A stretch of DNA of 61,799 nt, counting the filler, from Dugesia japonica (lineage: Eukaryota): NCBI GenBank assembly GCA_001938525.1. It is 5 parts of 5 records of this genome, joined end to end, with 100 filler letters (N's around TTAATTAATTAA, not from the genome) between each part and the next. Parts side by side here need not be neighbours in the genome. Positions count along the whole stretch, not along the records: positions 10,749 to 27,540 come from MQRL01615268.1; positions 27,641 to 40,400 come from MQRL01648270.1; 3 more parts are not named here. The stretch is one strand, 5' to 3'. Below, in pieces: positions 22,523-33,238 of this stretch (the first letter of the stretch is position 1; the number at the start of each line of letters is the position of its first letter). A program made the position numbers and the translations under genes. The notes below the pieces were generated by a model. It was not told the DNA's origin and did not search any database. It saw only the letters and a list, made by a program, of their open reading frames with translations.

Positions 22523-25500
22523 CTAACGAGAGCAAAGAGTGCATTTATTTATTAGATCTAATCTGAAATGCCATTGTTCACACTCACATAGATATTGATT
22601 ACCATGTGGCCATGTTTTAATTCCATCATCATCAATTATTCTTTTATCATCATATGCCATTAATACAATTTTTCTTTGTTCTTGAATTTCAATTTCATGA
22701 TTTTCTGATTTTAATGAGAAATTTGTTCCATAGATTGTTTTCTTTGAATTATTTAATATTGAATCAAAATCTCGCATTAATAATTCATTATTTTTCTTGA
22801 CACCTTTATTTTTATAATCATGTCCTTCTTTATTTTCCTCTTTATTGAAAAATGAATATGCATAAGATTTTGCTTTTACAAAATCACCTTGTAAAATTTC
22901 ACATTTAGGTTTTTCATCTTTCATCTGGAAAAGATCCTCTCCTAATAATTTTTCTAATTTTATTAAATTATCTCTACCTTTTACCTCGACAAAGATACAA
23001 TCCGTGTCGGTATAATGAATTTTATAGTTATCTTCTCCAAGTAATGGTTGCATTTGAATGTAAATAAAATCATACATCACTTGTTTTGCATGTTCGAGAA
23101 TTGTGAAGCCAATATATGGAAATTTATTATATCTTAATTTCCCCTTTTCCATTAGTATTGCAGCAACTGTGGCTTCATTTGAATCATCTAAACAGAAGAT
23201 TTTAGATGATTTAAATGTTGGTTTAGATGCAAGTCTTTGATATGCTTTGTCAGTAGAAACAATTTCTATGTTACATCGATTACGGATATTCTCTAGGGTT
23301 TTCCCATAGAATGCGTTTATCATTAATTTATAAATATAATCTCCGAAGACATCTTTATTTTTTTTAGCTGCTTTTCTTAAAACCACTAAATTTTCAACAT
23401 GATCTTTAAGCCATGTTGAAACCGGCATTTTAATCTTTTTATGAATCTTTACTAGTTTCATGCCAAGTTTTAAATAGAGATCTAATGTTGAACCGAGGAC
23501 AATATAATTCTTTTTATCAAATTGGTTTAATGTAAGTTTAATGTTATCTTTTAATATTTTCTTGTTAAATGATTTTTGATAGTTGCTTAACATGTCTTCT
23601 GTAATATTTATTCTTTCGGGACATAATGGGAAATATTTTGTCTTATCATGGATCTCTCTAGGATATTCAAGATCAACTTCGTAAATGAAATTAATTTTTT
23701 CTGTGGGTGCTTCATATAGTAACTCCCCAGACTCATTCGGTTGACACACGTAAAATTCACCTGTTGGTAACGGTCTTGTCATGCAAGATGCATATAATGA
23801 ATTTTCATCAATATATTTTATAAATGTTTCTTCCATTAGATTATCAATATATTTATCTGGAATAAATTCGTGAGTGTTCATTGTTTTTATTAGATCTTCA
23901 TATTGTGTTTTATTTAATTTTCTAGTTGATTGATTTTTATTATATGAGAATACTTGACGCTCACCTAATGTGCCAGAATACCCACCTCGAATTCCCTCTT
24001 CAATCATTAAGAAAATATCATAGGTTTGGGGTTTGGCATATTTTAAATAAACACCAGCATTTAACATTCCAGTTTCCCATGAATATTCTGGTGCTGAATA
24101 TGAATAACATGGATCTAATTTCAAGAGATTATTTAAACATGAATTTCTAAAGTTTTCTAAGAAGTCTGTTAGAATTAAAATATCAAGTTTCATATAGTGA
24201 AGCATGTAATCCCACATGTTATTAAAATCTAAATAATCTATTAAAAATTCATCATATTTATCGTTGGGTATTTCTTTTTGAGTTAGAGTGTTAAAGAAAT
24301 CTTTTCTAGTTGGTGTTCTCTTTTTCTTTAATAATTCTTCAACTTCAGTGATAGTGTTGCCTTTTACATATTCATATGGAAATGAGATTTTCTTGGGTTT
24401 TAAATTGAAAGATTTTAAGATTGGATAATTACCTGAAGATGTTAACAAATCACCCATAATTTCAACTGGTGTATTTGGTAATAATCTTGCCGAATCTAAG
24501 AATTTAATATTTCGAAATTGAAATGAAATATAATTATCTGATGTGTGAGGAATTATCTTTTTTACTTTTCCTGGAAATCTTGTTAGAAGTTCTCTGAAAA
24601 ATAAATGATTATCATAGCCGGATGCGTTATGAAAATAAAATGGTATGAATAGATTTTTTACAGAAAAGTCGTATAAATTACATTTTTCATGTGAATAACC
24701 ACGGAATTCACCTGTGAAATGATTATGATCTATAACTGGTTTCTTTTCAATGAAAGGTTTGTTACAATAATAACACTTTTGATCTATGAATTCTGGGGGT
24801 TGTCCGGAGAATTCGATTATTAATTTATTTTCTTTTATATCTTTTATTTTTTTACTAATAGAATCTAAAAAATTAAAGAAAGCTATATTAAGATTTTCAC
24901 CTGTTAAACAATAATATTTAGATTCTAGTAATTCTTGATGTTCACTATGAAGATAAATTCCTAGAGACAATGCTTTTTGTTTTTTCTTTGAATTTGTGTA
25001 TGCTTCAAAATCACCTATTAATAAGAAAGGTAATTTATTTTTCTGGTAAAATTTCTTAAATAAATAATAATGTTTGCGTTCAAATACAATGTTATTTGGT
25101 TTGTGGTTAATGCATGCTTCTTGATGTTTCTTTAGGACTTCTTCAGAAGAATAGGAATTCATACATCTTATGCATGGATAACATTTATTTCTTGCTCTTG
25201 TGAAAAATATACCTAGATCCCGACATAAGACATAATGCTCTTTATATATCAAGAGATTACATTTATTTTCTTCTTGCGAAGGTTTTGCTGTGTGATGTGA
25301 AATGTGCAAAGGTTCAAGTTTCTTTTTATCATTTGTGGCGAAAACATTTATTTTAAAATCATTTAATTTCTCGAATTTGGAAATATCAATAATTTTCATT
25401 GGAAATGTGAAATTTGAATATTTTAATTCTTCTAAATATGGAATGTAATTAGAAACACGCGATGCATTTGGTAATGGATGTTTGTGAGCTAGAATTGAAA

Positions 25501-26329
25501 ATAGAAAACATTTATCATCTTTATTTTCTATGTTAATTACTCCTTGTTTTTTAAATGGTAATTTACAATATGTAGCACCACTTTTTCCATCATATTTATT
25601 TAAGAATAATGTATAATCAGCTAGATATAGCATTGTCCAACCCGAACCTTCAAGATTTCTTTCTTCAATGCGTTTATTTAAAAGATTAAATATTTCATTG
25701 ACAATGTTATTAATTTCAGATCGAATTATAATTATTTTATTATCTGAAGGTGTTTTAAAATCTCTTTCGGTATCTTCTTTTAAATATCTAGTTGTTACCG
25801 ACAAACTTACAATTATTTGTTTTTCACATTTTAAATATTTCTTAATAATTAGATTTATATCTCTTTTAAATTTATTAATCATTCTAATTGGATTTTCGTG
25901 ATTTAATACAATATCATAAAACAATTCCGTTTTAGAATCTTTGAAATAAGATATTTCATGTTTTTTAAACATTCTTAGTGCATCTCTAATTTCAGGCTCA
26001 TAATCAATCGCCTCTTCACCTGGAAGTTCATCAAAATTTAATTTATTAACTTTTTGTTTGTGTTGTAAAGAATTAAAATGTTCTCGAGCATTACTTTCAC
26101 TTTTAAATTTTAAATTACAAATTTTACATTTTAATGGAAATTTTTCACGATTTCCACATGTATAATTTAAATGCGAATTTAAATCACTTTCTCTTTTAAA
26201 TCTTTTATTACATTTTTCACATTTAAATGTTAAATCATTATAGCAAGTTCTAGATGCAATATGCCCATTTAAACCTGCTTTATTTTTAAACGTTTTATTA
26301 CAATTGTCGCATTTAAATATTTCCGGCAT
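22523..26329 (-). CDS. polB: Protein-primed family B DNA polymerase with N-terminal zinc fingers
   Basis: Three C2H2/C2HC fingers. GDFEA (ExoI), DHNHFTGEFRG..H..CN (EndoVII-like), FHNASGYD (ExoII), YMKLD (ExoIII), DENSLY (motif A), KLMINAFYGK (B) and YTDTD (C). Intact 1268 aa. Confidence 0.96.
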   Translation of the reverse strand: MPEIFKCDNCNKTFKNKAGLNGHIASRTCYNDLTFKCEKCNKRFKRESDLNSHLNYTCGNREKFPLKCKICNLKFKSESNAREHFNSLQHKQKVNKLNFDELPGEEAIDYEPEIRDALRMFKKHEISYFKDSKTELFYDIVLNHENPIRMINKFKRDINLIIKKYLKCEKQIIVSLSVTTRYLKEDTERDFKTPSDNKIIIIRSEINNIVNEIFNLLNKRIEERNLEGSGWTMLYLADYTLFLNKYDGKSGATYCKLPFKKQGVINIENKDDKCFLFSILAHKHPLPNASRVSNYIPYLEELKYSNFTFPMKIIDISKFEKLNDFKINVFATNDKKKLEPLHISHHTAKPSQEENKCNLLIYKEHYVLCRDLGIFFTRARNKCYPCIRCMNSYSSEEVLKKHQEACINHKPNNIVFERKHYYLFKKFYQKNKLPFLLIGDFEAYTNSKKKQKALSLGIYLHSEHQELLESKYYCLTGENLNIAFFNFLDSISKKIKDIKENKLIIEFSGQPPEFIDQKCYYCNKPFIEKKPVIDHNHFTGEFRGYSHEKCNLYDFSVKNLFIPFYFHNASGYDNHLFFRELLTRFPGKVKKIIPHTSDNYISFQFRNIKFLDSARLLPNTPVEIMGDLLTSSGNYPILKSFNLKPKKISFPYEYVKGNTITEVEELLKKKRTPTRKDFFNTLTQKEIPNDKYDEFLIDYLDFNNMWDYMLHYMKLDILILTDFLENFRNSCLNNLLKLDPCYSYSAPEYSWETGMLNAGVYLKYAKPQTYDIFLMIEEGIRGGYSGTLGERQVFSYNKNQSTRKLNKTQYEDLIKTMNTHEFIPDKYIDNLMEETFIKYIDENSLYASCMTRPLPTGEFYVCQPNESGELLYEAPTEKINFIYEVDLEYPREIHDKTKYFPLCPERINITEDMLSNYQKSFNKKILKDNIKLTLNQFDKKNYIVLGSTLDLYLKLGMKLVKIHKKIKMPVSTWLKDHVENLVVLRKAAKKNKDVFGDYIYKLMINAFYGKTLENIRNRCNIEIVSTDKAYQRLASKPTFKSSKIFCLDDSNEATVAAILMEKGKLRYNKFPYIGFTILEHAKQVMYDFIYIQMQPLLGEDNYKIHYTDTDCIFVEVKGRDNLIKLEKLLGEDLFQMKDEKPKCEILQGDFVKAKSYAYSFFNKEENKEGHDYKNKGVKKNNELLMRDFDSILNNSKKTIYGTNFSLKSENHEIEIQEQRKIVLMAYDDKRIIDDDGIKTWPHGNQYLCECEQWHFRLDLINKCTLCSR

Positions 26330-26438
26330 TTTTATATAGAATTTATTTAATTATACGATGCAAAAAAGAGGATGTTTTTTGTTATTTAAGAGGATATTTT
26401 ATAATAATTAACATTAACATCCTAAAACCGAAAAGCGT

Positions 26439-26524
26439 AATATAACACAACCCCCCTTGAGCCAAAAGCGTAATAAGCATAATTACCATACTGAATTTTA
26501 AGGGTCCCCCCATGATTTGTAAGC
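26439..26524 (-). repeat. Right terminal inverted repeat (visible part; runs into gap)
   Basis: Reverse complement of 10840-10928. Confidence 0.92.
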
Positions 26525-26741
26525 NNNNNNNNNNNNNNNNNNNNNNNNNNNNNNNNNNNNNNNNNNNNNNNNNNNNNNNNNNNNNNNNNNNNNNNNNNNN
26601 NNNNNNNNNNNNNNNNNNNNNNNNNNNNNNNNNNNNNNNNNNNNNNNNNNNNNNNNNNNNNNNNNNNNNNNNNNNNNNNNNNNNNNNNNNNNNNNNNNNN
26701 NNNNNNNNNNNNNNNNNNNNNNNNNNNNNNNNNNNNNNNNN

Positions 26742-27008
26742 TTGATTCAAATATTTAAATATCTTCAAAATGATATATAATTATATTGATTCAAATATGT
26801 AAATATCTTCAAAATTATATATAATTCTATTGATTCAAATATGTAAATATCTTCAAAATGATATATAATTCTATTGATTCAAATATTTAAATATCTTCAA
26901 AATGATAAATAATTTTACTGATTAAAATATTTAAATATCTTCAAAGTGATATATAATTATATTGATTCAAATATTTAAATATCTTCAAAATGATATATAA
27001 TTATATTG
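26742..27008 (+). repeat. 44-bp minisatellite, right part (6 units)
   Basis: Units start at 26742, 26786, 26830, 26874, 26918 and 26962. Same unit and orientation as 10749-10822. Confidence 0.9.
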
Positions 27009-27717
27009 TTGAGATGCTTTGAGGATTGTTGCCAAAGCAAATCAGCAATTGCGTGAGTTTAATAGTCTTTGAATATATCCTTAAACAATCCGAAATTATT
27101 ANNNNNNNNNNNNNNNNNNNNNNNNNNNNNNNTTAATATATTTATTATATATATAGATTATATTGTTATAGATAAGCTATATAGTCAACTATTAAAAAGT
27201 AAATCAATTACTTTTAAATAAATTTTATTTTAACTCAAAAGCGTTTACAATATAATATGCGTTATTATTTTTTATCTCACGAGTGTTGTCTCTGTAAGAC
27301 TTGACTCGATTCGAGATTTAAAAAAATTTTAAGGGGTGGCATTACTAAATTTCAGTGTCGTATTTATACAGAATTTTTTGATGCGTGTGCATCCTTTACA
27401 TAATAATATAATATAATAAAAATTAAAAATATTTACATGCAAAATTTAGAATATTTAAAAAAATTTAAAATAAAATTAAAATATTTACCGTTTCTTTAAT
27501 AAAATTTCATATTCGAACAATAGCAATATAATAAAATTCCNNNNNNNNNNNNNNNNNNNNNNNNNNNNNNNNNNNNNNNNNNNNTTAATTAATTAANNNN
27601 NNNNNNNNNNNNNNNNNNNNNNNNNNNNNNNNNNNNNNNNTTGTATTATTAATCTAATTTCAAGGCTGTTATAAAAATATATAAATGTTTTTAAAATATA
27701 TAAAAATTTTAAATAGA

Positions 27718-27942
27718 ATGACTGAAAAATTGACTTTGAGGGGATCGCTTACTTGGCACGATGGTCCAATTACACAAATTGCTCTTATTTCTACTTCAAG
27801 AGACAAATCTTTAATTATTTGGGAACTTGATCGCGATGAAAATAGCCTTGGTTATGGTAAAAGAGTATTAAAGGAACGCAATGGGTTCGTTAGCGATGTT
27901 GTTATGCCAAGTGATAGACAATTTGCTTTTCTGGTAGCATAA
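27718..27942 (+). pseudogene. RACK1: RACK1 (GNB2L1) 5' fragment
   Basis: MTEKLTLRGSLTWHDGPITQIA-LISTSRDKSLIIWELDRDE...FVSDVVMPSDRQFA matches the RACK1 N-terminus, with an ~8-aa deletion, lost GH motifs and an early stop. Confidence 0.85.
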
Positions 27943-27944
27943 AA

Positions 27945-28325
27945 ATATTCAGCTTCGCATATTGCTCCATAATTATTGGAGAATGAATTTGAATGCAAAA
28001 GCAACGGCCAGAGCCATATGCGACATTGAAGGTAAAGGTATGATGGCCCTGCGAATTTCACATAGATGGTTTTAGCGTTTCAATGAAGGTTATTTGAAGA
28101 CGAGTCACGTTTGGAACAACCAACGGTTTTGAAAGACGGTTACTTGCAAGTCGCCTTGGATGTTGAATTGTCACCGAGTACCCGAGAATTGATCGAATAA
28201 TTTGGTGTTGATCAGAAGACAGTTTCGAATCATTTCAAGTAACTTGCCTTTGTCCACAAAAAGTCATGACAAGATCTATATGAGTTGACAGAAGCGCAAG
28301 TCACTAAACAAGTCAAAATTTGGCA
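27945..28325 (+). mobile_element. Degenerate mariner transposase fragment
   Basis: RILLH...NAKATARAICDIEGK...HRWF*RF...STREL...GVDQKTVSNH...YELTEAQ is the mariner HTH region, with stops. Confidence 0.7.
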
Positions 28326-31300
28326 TAAAGGTCATGGGCAATGATGGCCTTCATTTTGTAGAATAGTTGTTGTTTTTTAATAAATTCTTGAATAAAAAAG
28401 TCGTTATTTTAACACGGCACATGAAAATTTTCTTCAACTTAGTCAAATATAAAAACACATGATTATTATCAATTAAAATTTATATAAATATTAATGAAAA
28501 AAAAGTATTTTCAATAAAAATATTATATTAACAAATGAAATAAATAACAAATTTAAAAATGACAATAAAAATAATTGTTTAATTTGTTTTGAACGGATTT
28601 TGCTGTTGATTAATTTTTAAATTTTTTTATGTTGACTTGATTTTGATTATCATTATGTTATTTTAAATTTTAAAAATGATGTTTAGTTTTATTATTATTA
28701 TTGGAATGAAATCAAGAAAAAGAATTTTATTAATAGTAAAGCATCGCAATGAGATAAATGTAATAAATTAAACCGAATAAATTGTTAATAAAGTCGAGCC
28801 TCTGTATAAAACCTAAAATGAATTTTCCAACTAAAATTTACCTCTCAATAACATCACCCAGTTCCGGTCCCGGTGGGTGACGTTATAGAGAGGTTTGAGA
28901 GTAATTTAAACATGAATAAATCGAAAATGTTTGAAGATAAGCGCTATTGATTCCATTTATTTATATCAAGGGTTTCTGAAATACGGCTCCTGACAAAAAT
29001 GCAGTCTTCAAATGCTTTTTATCCGGCCGACACATTTTTCAAATTTCATTTTCTGACAATACAATATGCATTTAAAAATATATAAGTACAATATGTAAAT
29101 ATTTTCACAAATCGGTTAAAAATAGCATTATTAAAAATAGATAAATATGTTACAAAACAATTGAACATTTATAATTTTTTATCTTTTTTTAATATTAATA
29201 TCATCCTTTAAAAAAATAATACATTAAAAAAAATATGCATCATTTGAAAAGTTACAAAATGTAAATTTAATAGCATAGAGTAAAATTTAAATTTAAGAAG
29301 ATTTAATGTAGCTGAGTAACTTATGTGNGTATTTCATATTCTGACATTTTATAAATACACATAGACCCCACTTTGCGTCGTAGATACGTTTCTAAATTTT
29401 GCGATGCAGACCGAAACAACGCAACGTGAATTAGAATTTTTAAAAAGGTTTTGTAGATAAAATTTTTAAAATCACAAATTTAATGACGCAATTTTGAAAA
29501 TATAGCGGAGTAGAGTTAGAATTAGTATTAATTCGCGTGCGACGCATGTTCGAAAAAACGCCAACCGAATCGACGCAAAGCGAGGCCTAAGTGTATTATA
29601 ATATAATATAAAATAACGGTTTGTAATACTGAAAAGCGGTTTATGAGGTCATTCTTTTTTAGACTTGTTTGCTAGCTATTCTTATTCTTATAGCCGCATT
29701 CCTCAAAAATCTTTAGAAATATATGCCTCCTATAGTTCATATTTCCACTCAATATTAAGTGTATATGTCATGGTTTATTTGAATAAAAAACTTTTTTAAA
29801 AAAATGTTTCATTTATGTTCTAAATATGTTTGGTTATGGCCCGCATGATTTCGTAAAACACTCAGTGCAGCCATCGGATGAAAAAGTTTGGAGACCCATG
29901 TTTATATGATTAGTATCATCTAAATCTTATATTTTAGTTTTAATATTTTTTTAAAAATTGAATATTCAATTTTTTAAGGAAATTCTCAGCAGAATTGTAT
30001 CGGGATTATTCAATTGGTTTTATGATACTGTTTTTACGATTTGTGGTGGATTTGGCCAGGGTATGCATTTTAAATAGATTATTCTATACATAAATGGTTT
30101 TTATACATGCATCAATATTTTAGATTATTTTCTTACGGGCTCTCTTCAAGACAAGTGTTATTATATTAATTTTTCTTTTACTGATTTGCATTTATTTTAT
30201 CTGGGTGTCTGAATTTATTTTTTTTGCTATGCTTTCATTTTATGCAAGAAAATTTATGTTGAATTGAAATCAATTTTTCATTGTTTATTTTATTTTCTAG
30301 AGGTATTTCATGAATAACCAATCAATAATTTCTTTTTTCGAATAATAAGCAATTGTGAGAATAATTTACCAATGAAAGTTTCTATTATTTCAAGCAATAA
30401 ATATTTTGTTTTAATATTTTATTTATCAATTATCAACAATTATTTATCAAAATGGTTTTATGACCTTAAAAAGGTTAAGAACCACTGCATTATGAACCCT
30501 TAGGTACTCATATTGGTATAATTTGTATAACAGCGTCTCTATTCGTATGATTATAGAATTGATAAATTTTTTGGTGACTGTATATTTCCATATCATCCTT
30601 GTTTAGTCTTTCTGAGGTGCTAGATATCAGTTTCCAAGTACTGGATCAAATTTAGAACTCTATTGTAACTAGCAGCCAAATGGACTCTATAATTTGTCTA
30701 ATTCCACTCAAGATTATGTAATAAGACTTTTAGACTATGTAAAAAGAAGTTGTTGCTATTTAACTTGTGATAATTGATCCATAAGTGTTCCATCTGAAAT
30801 GAAATTCTTGAAAAAGAAAATAACTAAGGTACGAATAGGGGAAAAAGTGATAATAGAAACTGAATTCCAACCCAATAAACTCCAACACGTAAACACTGCT
30901 TTTTTGAATTCTTAAAAGTCACACTTCATTATTATTTATTGATTTTTGAAAAATACTGAATATTGTGTAAAATGAACCATGTGAGTAACAAAGGATTAAA
31001 ATTGTATTTTTATTATATATTAAAACAAACAATTATAATTTTAAATTTACTATTGATCATTTTGTGTTCAAGAAACATTTGTTTGAAAATATAAATCACT
31101 TTTTAATGGTATTGTTTGTTGTGCAAACATATGTGATAATTTTTGTTTTAATTTCTGTCAGAAATGGTAGTATTTGCTGGCCTTTTAAAACGTCAGTAGA
31201 ATTAGTTTTTATCAAGAAAATAAAATATATTTAATACTATACTGTATTTCAAAAAAATTCTTCAAAGGGATGATAGGGTGAAATGAGTTAATTAAATGTT

Positions 31301-31502
31301 TTTACAAATTGAATATTTTAGTTAATAATATCTCCGTCATAGTATTTGTTAAATTAGTTTTAATTTTCATTTTGTTTCTTTCCCAAAGCACTCTACTCTC
31401 ACATTTGATCCCTAAGTTTAATATTTTCTTTATTATTTCAGTATTTTTATTAAATCAATATTATATCTCTATGTTTCTTTAAATTTATAGAAATATTTAT
31501 TT

Positions 31503-31504
31503 TA

Positions 31505-31549
<45 letters not shown>

Positions 31550-31605
31550 NNNNNNNNNNNNNNNNNNNNNNNNNNNNNNNNNNNNNNNNNNNNNNNNNNN
31601 NNNNN

Positions 31606-31672
<67 letters not shown>
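31503..31672. repeat. (ATT)n microsatellite spanning a gap
   Basis: Visible trinucleotide run. Confidence 0.9.
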
Positions 31673-31673
<1 letters not shown>

Positions 31674-32984
31674 GAAAGTGTTTGTAAAGATTTAGTCAAA
31701 TATTAATAATAAAATCTATTTCTGAAACAAATTATTAATGGTTCTTTGATTAAACAGCAGTAATTTATTATAATTTTAAAATTTGTATCTCTAAATATTT
31801 ACTTTTATTGTTATTTATAATTATATTTACATCCGCGTTTGTATTTGTATTTTTACTTATTTGTGTTTTTATTTACATTTATATTTCAAATTAAAATTGA
31901 AAAGAACAACTTTAAAATGATCTATTTGGTATATTTTTACTGGAAAGATTTAAGTAACAAATTAATGTGTGTTGTAAAAATCTGAAATAATCAGACCAAA
32001 TTTTTTTGACATTGGAATTCCAGAAAATAAATATTATTATTATTTTAAAATTTTGTCTAAACAATTTAAAAATTATTGGATGAGATTGTTGTATGAAGCG
32101 TTAATGATTAGATTTCAGAATCCAATGTACAGACAGCTCTTTCGACTAAATTGATTAAAAATTTTTGGATTTAAGATTTGGAAATTTTTGAATTTTTATA
32201 GGTTTTTGTAAGTTTTTATTTATTTTATAGGTTCGTAATTTTTGAATAAAATAATTTGGCACTTTCATTTTTTATGGATTTTTTTCCAAAAATTTTAATT
32301 AATTTTAAATTTTAAAATATTTGAAAAACGTTTTTTTGATTTTTATTGGTTTTAAAATTGTTAAAATATTTTTAATAATATTATTATAGAAAAATTTTAT
32401 TAGAGAGAAAAATTTTTTAAAAATTAAGAATTATGATTATAGCCATCTGATATTAAGTATAATTGTTTGAATCTTTGTTTAAATAATATAGACTGAATAA
32501 TCTCATGTTTTCATTTTTGTCTGATGATGATTGGTTCTCATTAGTCTCAACAATTATTTTAAATTTTTTATTTTGATAAAATAATGATTTCTTTATATTT
32601 TGAATATTATATGCATTTAAATTTATCATGTAGTTGTAATCATAATTGTTTATTTCGATTTTTAAATTGACATTTATTTTGTGCATCAAAATTTTTATTT
32701 TTTTTGTTTGTTGTTTATTTGTACCAATAATTTTTTATTAATTGTTAGTGGTATTTCGAGGCAATTTGATTTATATTTTATATTAATTAGTAATTTGTAA
32801 TTAGATTTTCTGAAAATTCTTTACTAGATTTTATTAAATCAAATCATATTCTTTAAATTTTTAATTATTTCGATTTAATTATTTAATTTTCTAAAAGAAA
32901 TCGTTTTTTTAAAATATATCTCACAAATTAGCTTACTTATTAGTAGATGTTCAATACAAATAATAAAATTTATTTAGTTTAGAT

Positions 32985-33238
32985 CAGTGGGGGACAAATG
33001 GTTCGTCGGGAATTTGTCGGTTCACAAAGCCAAACCCAATACATCGCATTGATTTTTAATCTTACATAAAGAATAATAAGATTTAATTTTATGCTTTCTT
33101 TCGTTTTTCTAACTTTTTCAAAAAAAATTTTAATCAATTTTGTTAGTACCGCTTTAAATTGTGAAAAAATAAATTGGTGTGTCGCGAAAAAAAATTTACT
33201 TAAGTGTTTCGCGGCTTGAAAAAGTTTACCCACCACTG
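32985..33238. mobile_element. hAT-family MITE with 8-bp TSD
   Basis: CAGTGG...CCACTG termini flanked by GTTTAGAT (32977-32984 and 33239-33246). Confidence 0.8.

Larger units (their letters stand above)
10823..26541. mobile_element. Near-complete Polinton/Maverick (adintovirus-like) endogenous dsDNA virus, ~15.7 kb
   Basis: Paired TIRs, AG terminus, pPolB, rve integrase, packaging ATPase, adenain-like protease, and major and minor capsid proteins in two convergent intronless gene blocks. The right terminus is inferred to lie 17 bp into the N gap. Confidence 0.95.

Noticed and set aside
26382-26768. Track ORFs spanning N gaps (also 39935-40150, 48113-48304, 52130-52357)
   Set aside because: Open only because of N runs.
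26742-27008. 44-bp repeat array as a CRISPR array or as part of the TIR
   Set aside because: Units are head-to-tail with no unique spacers, the context is eukaryotic, and the array is in direct rather than inverted orientation on the two sides of the element.
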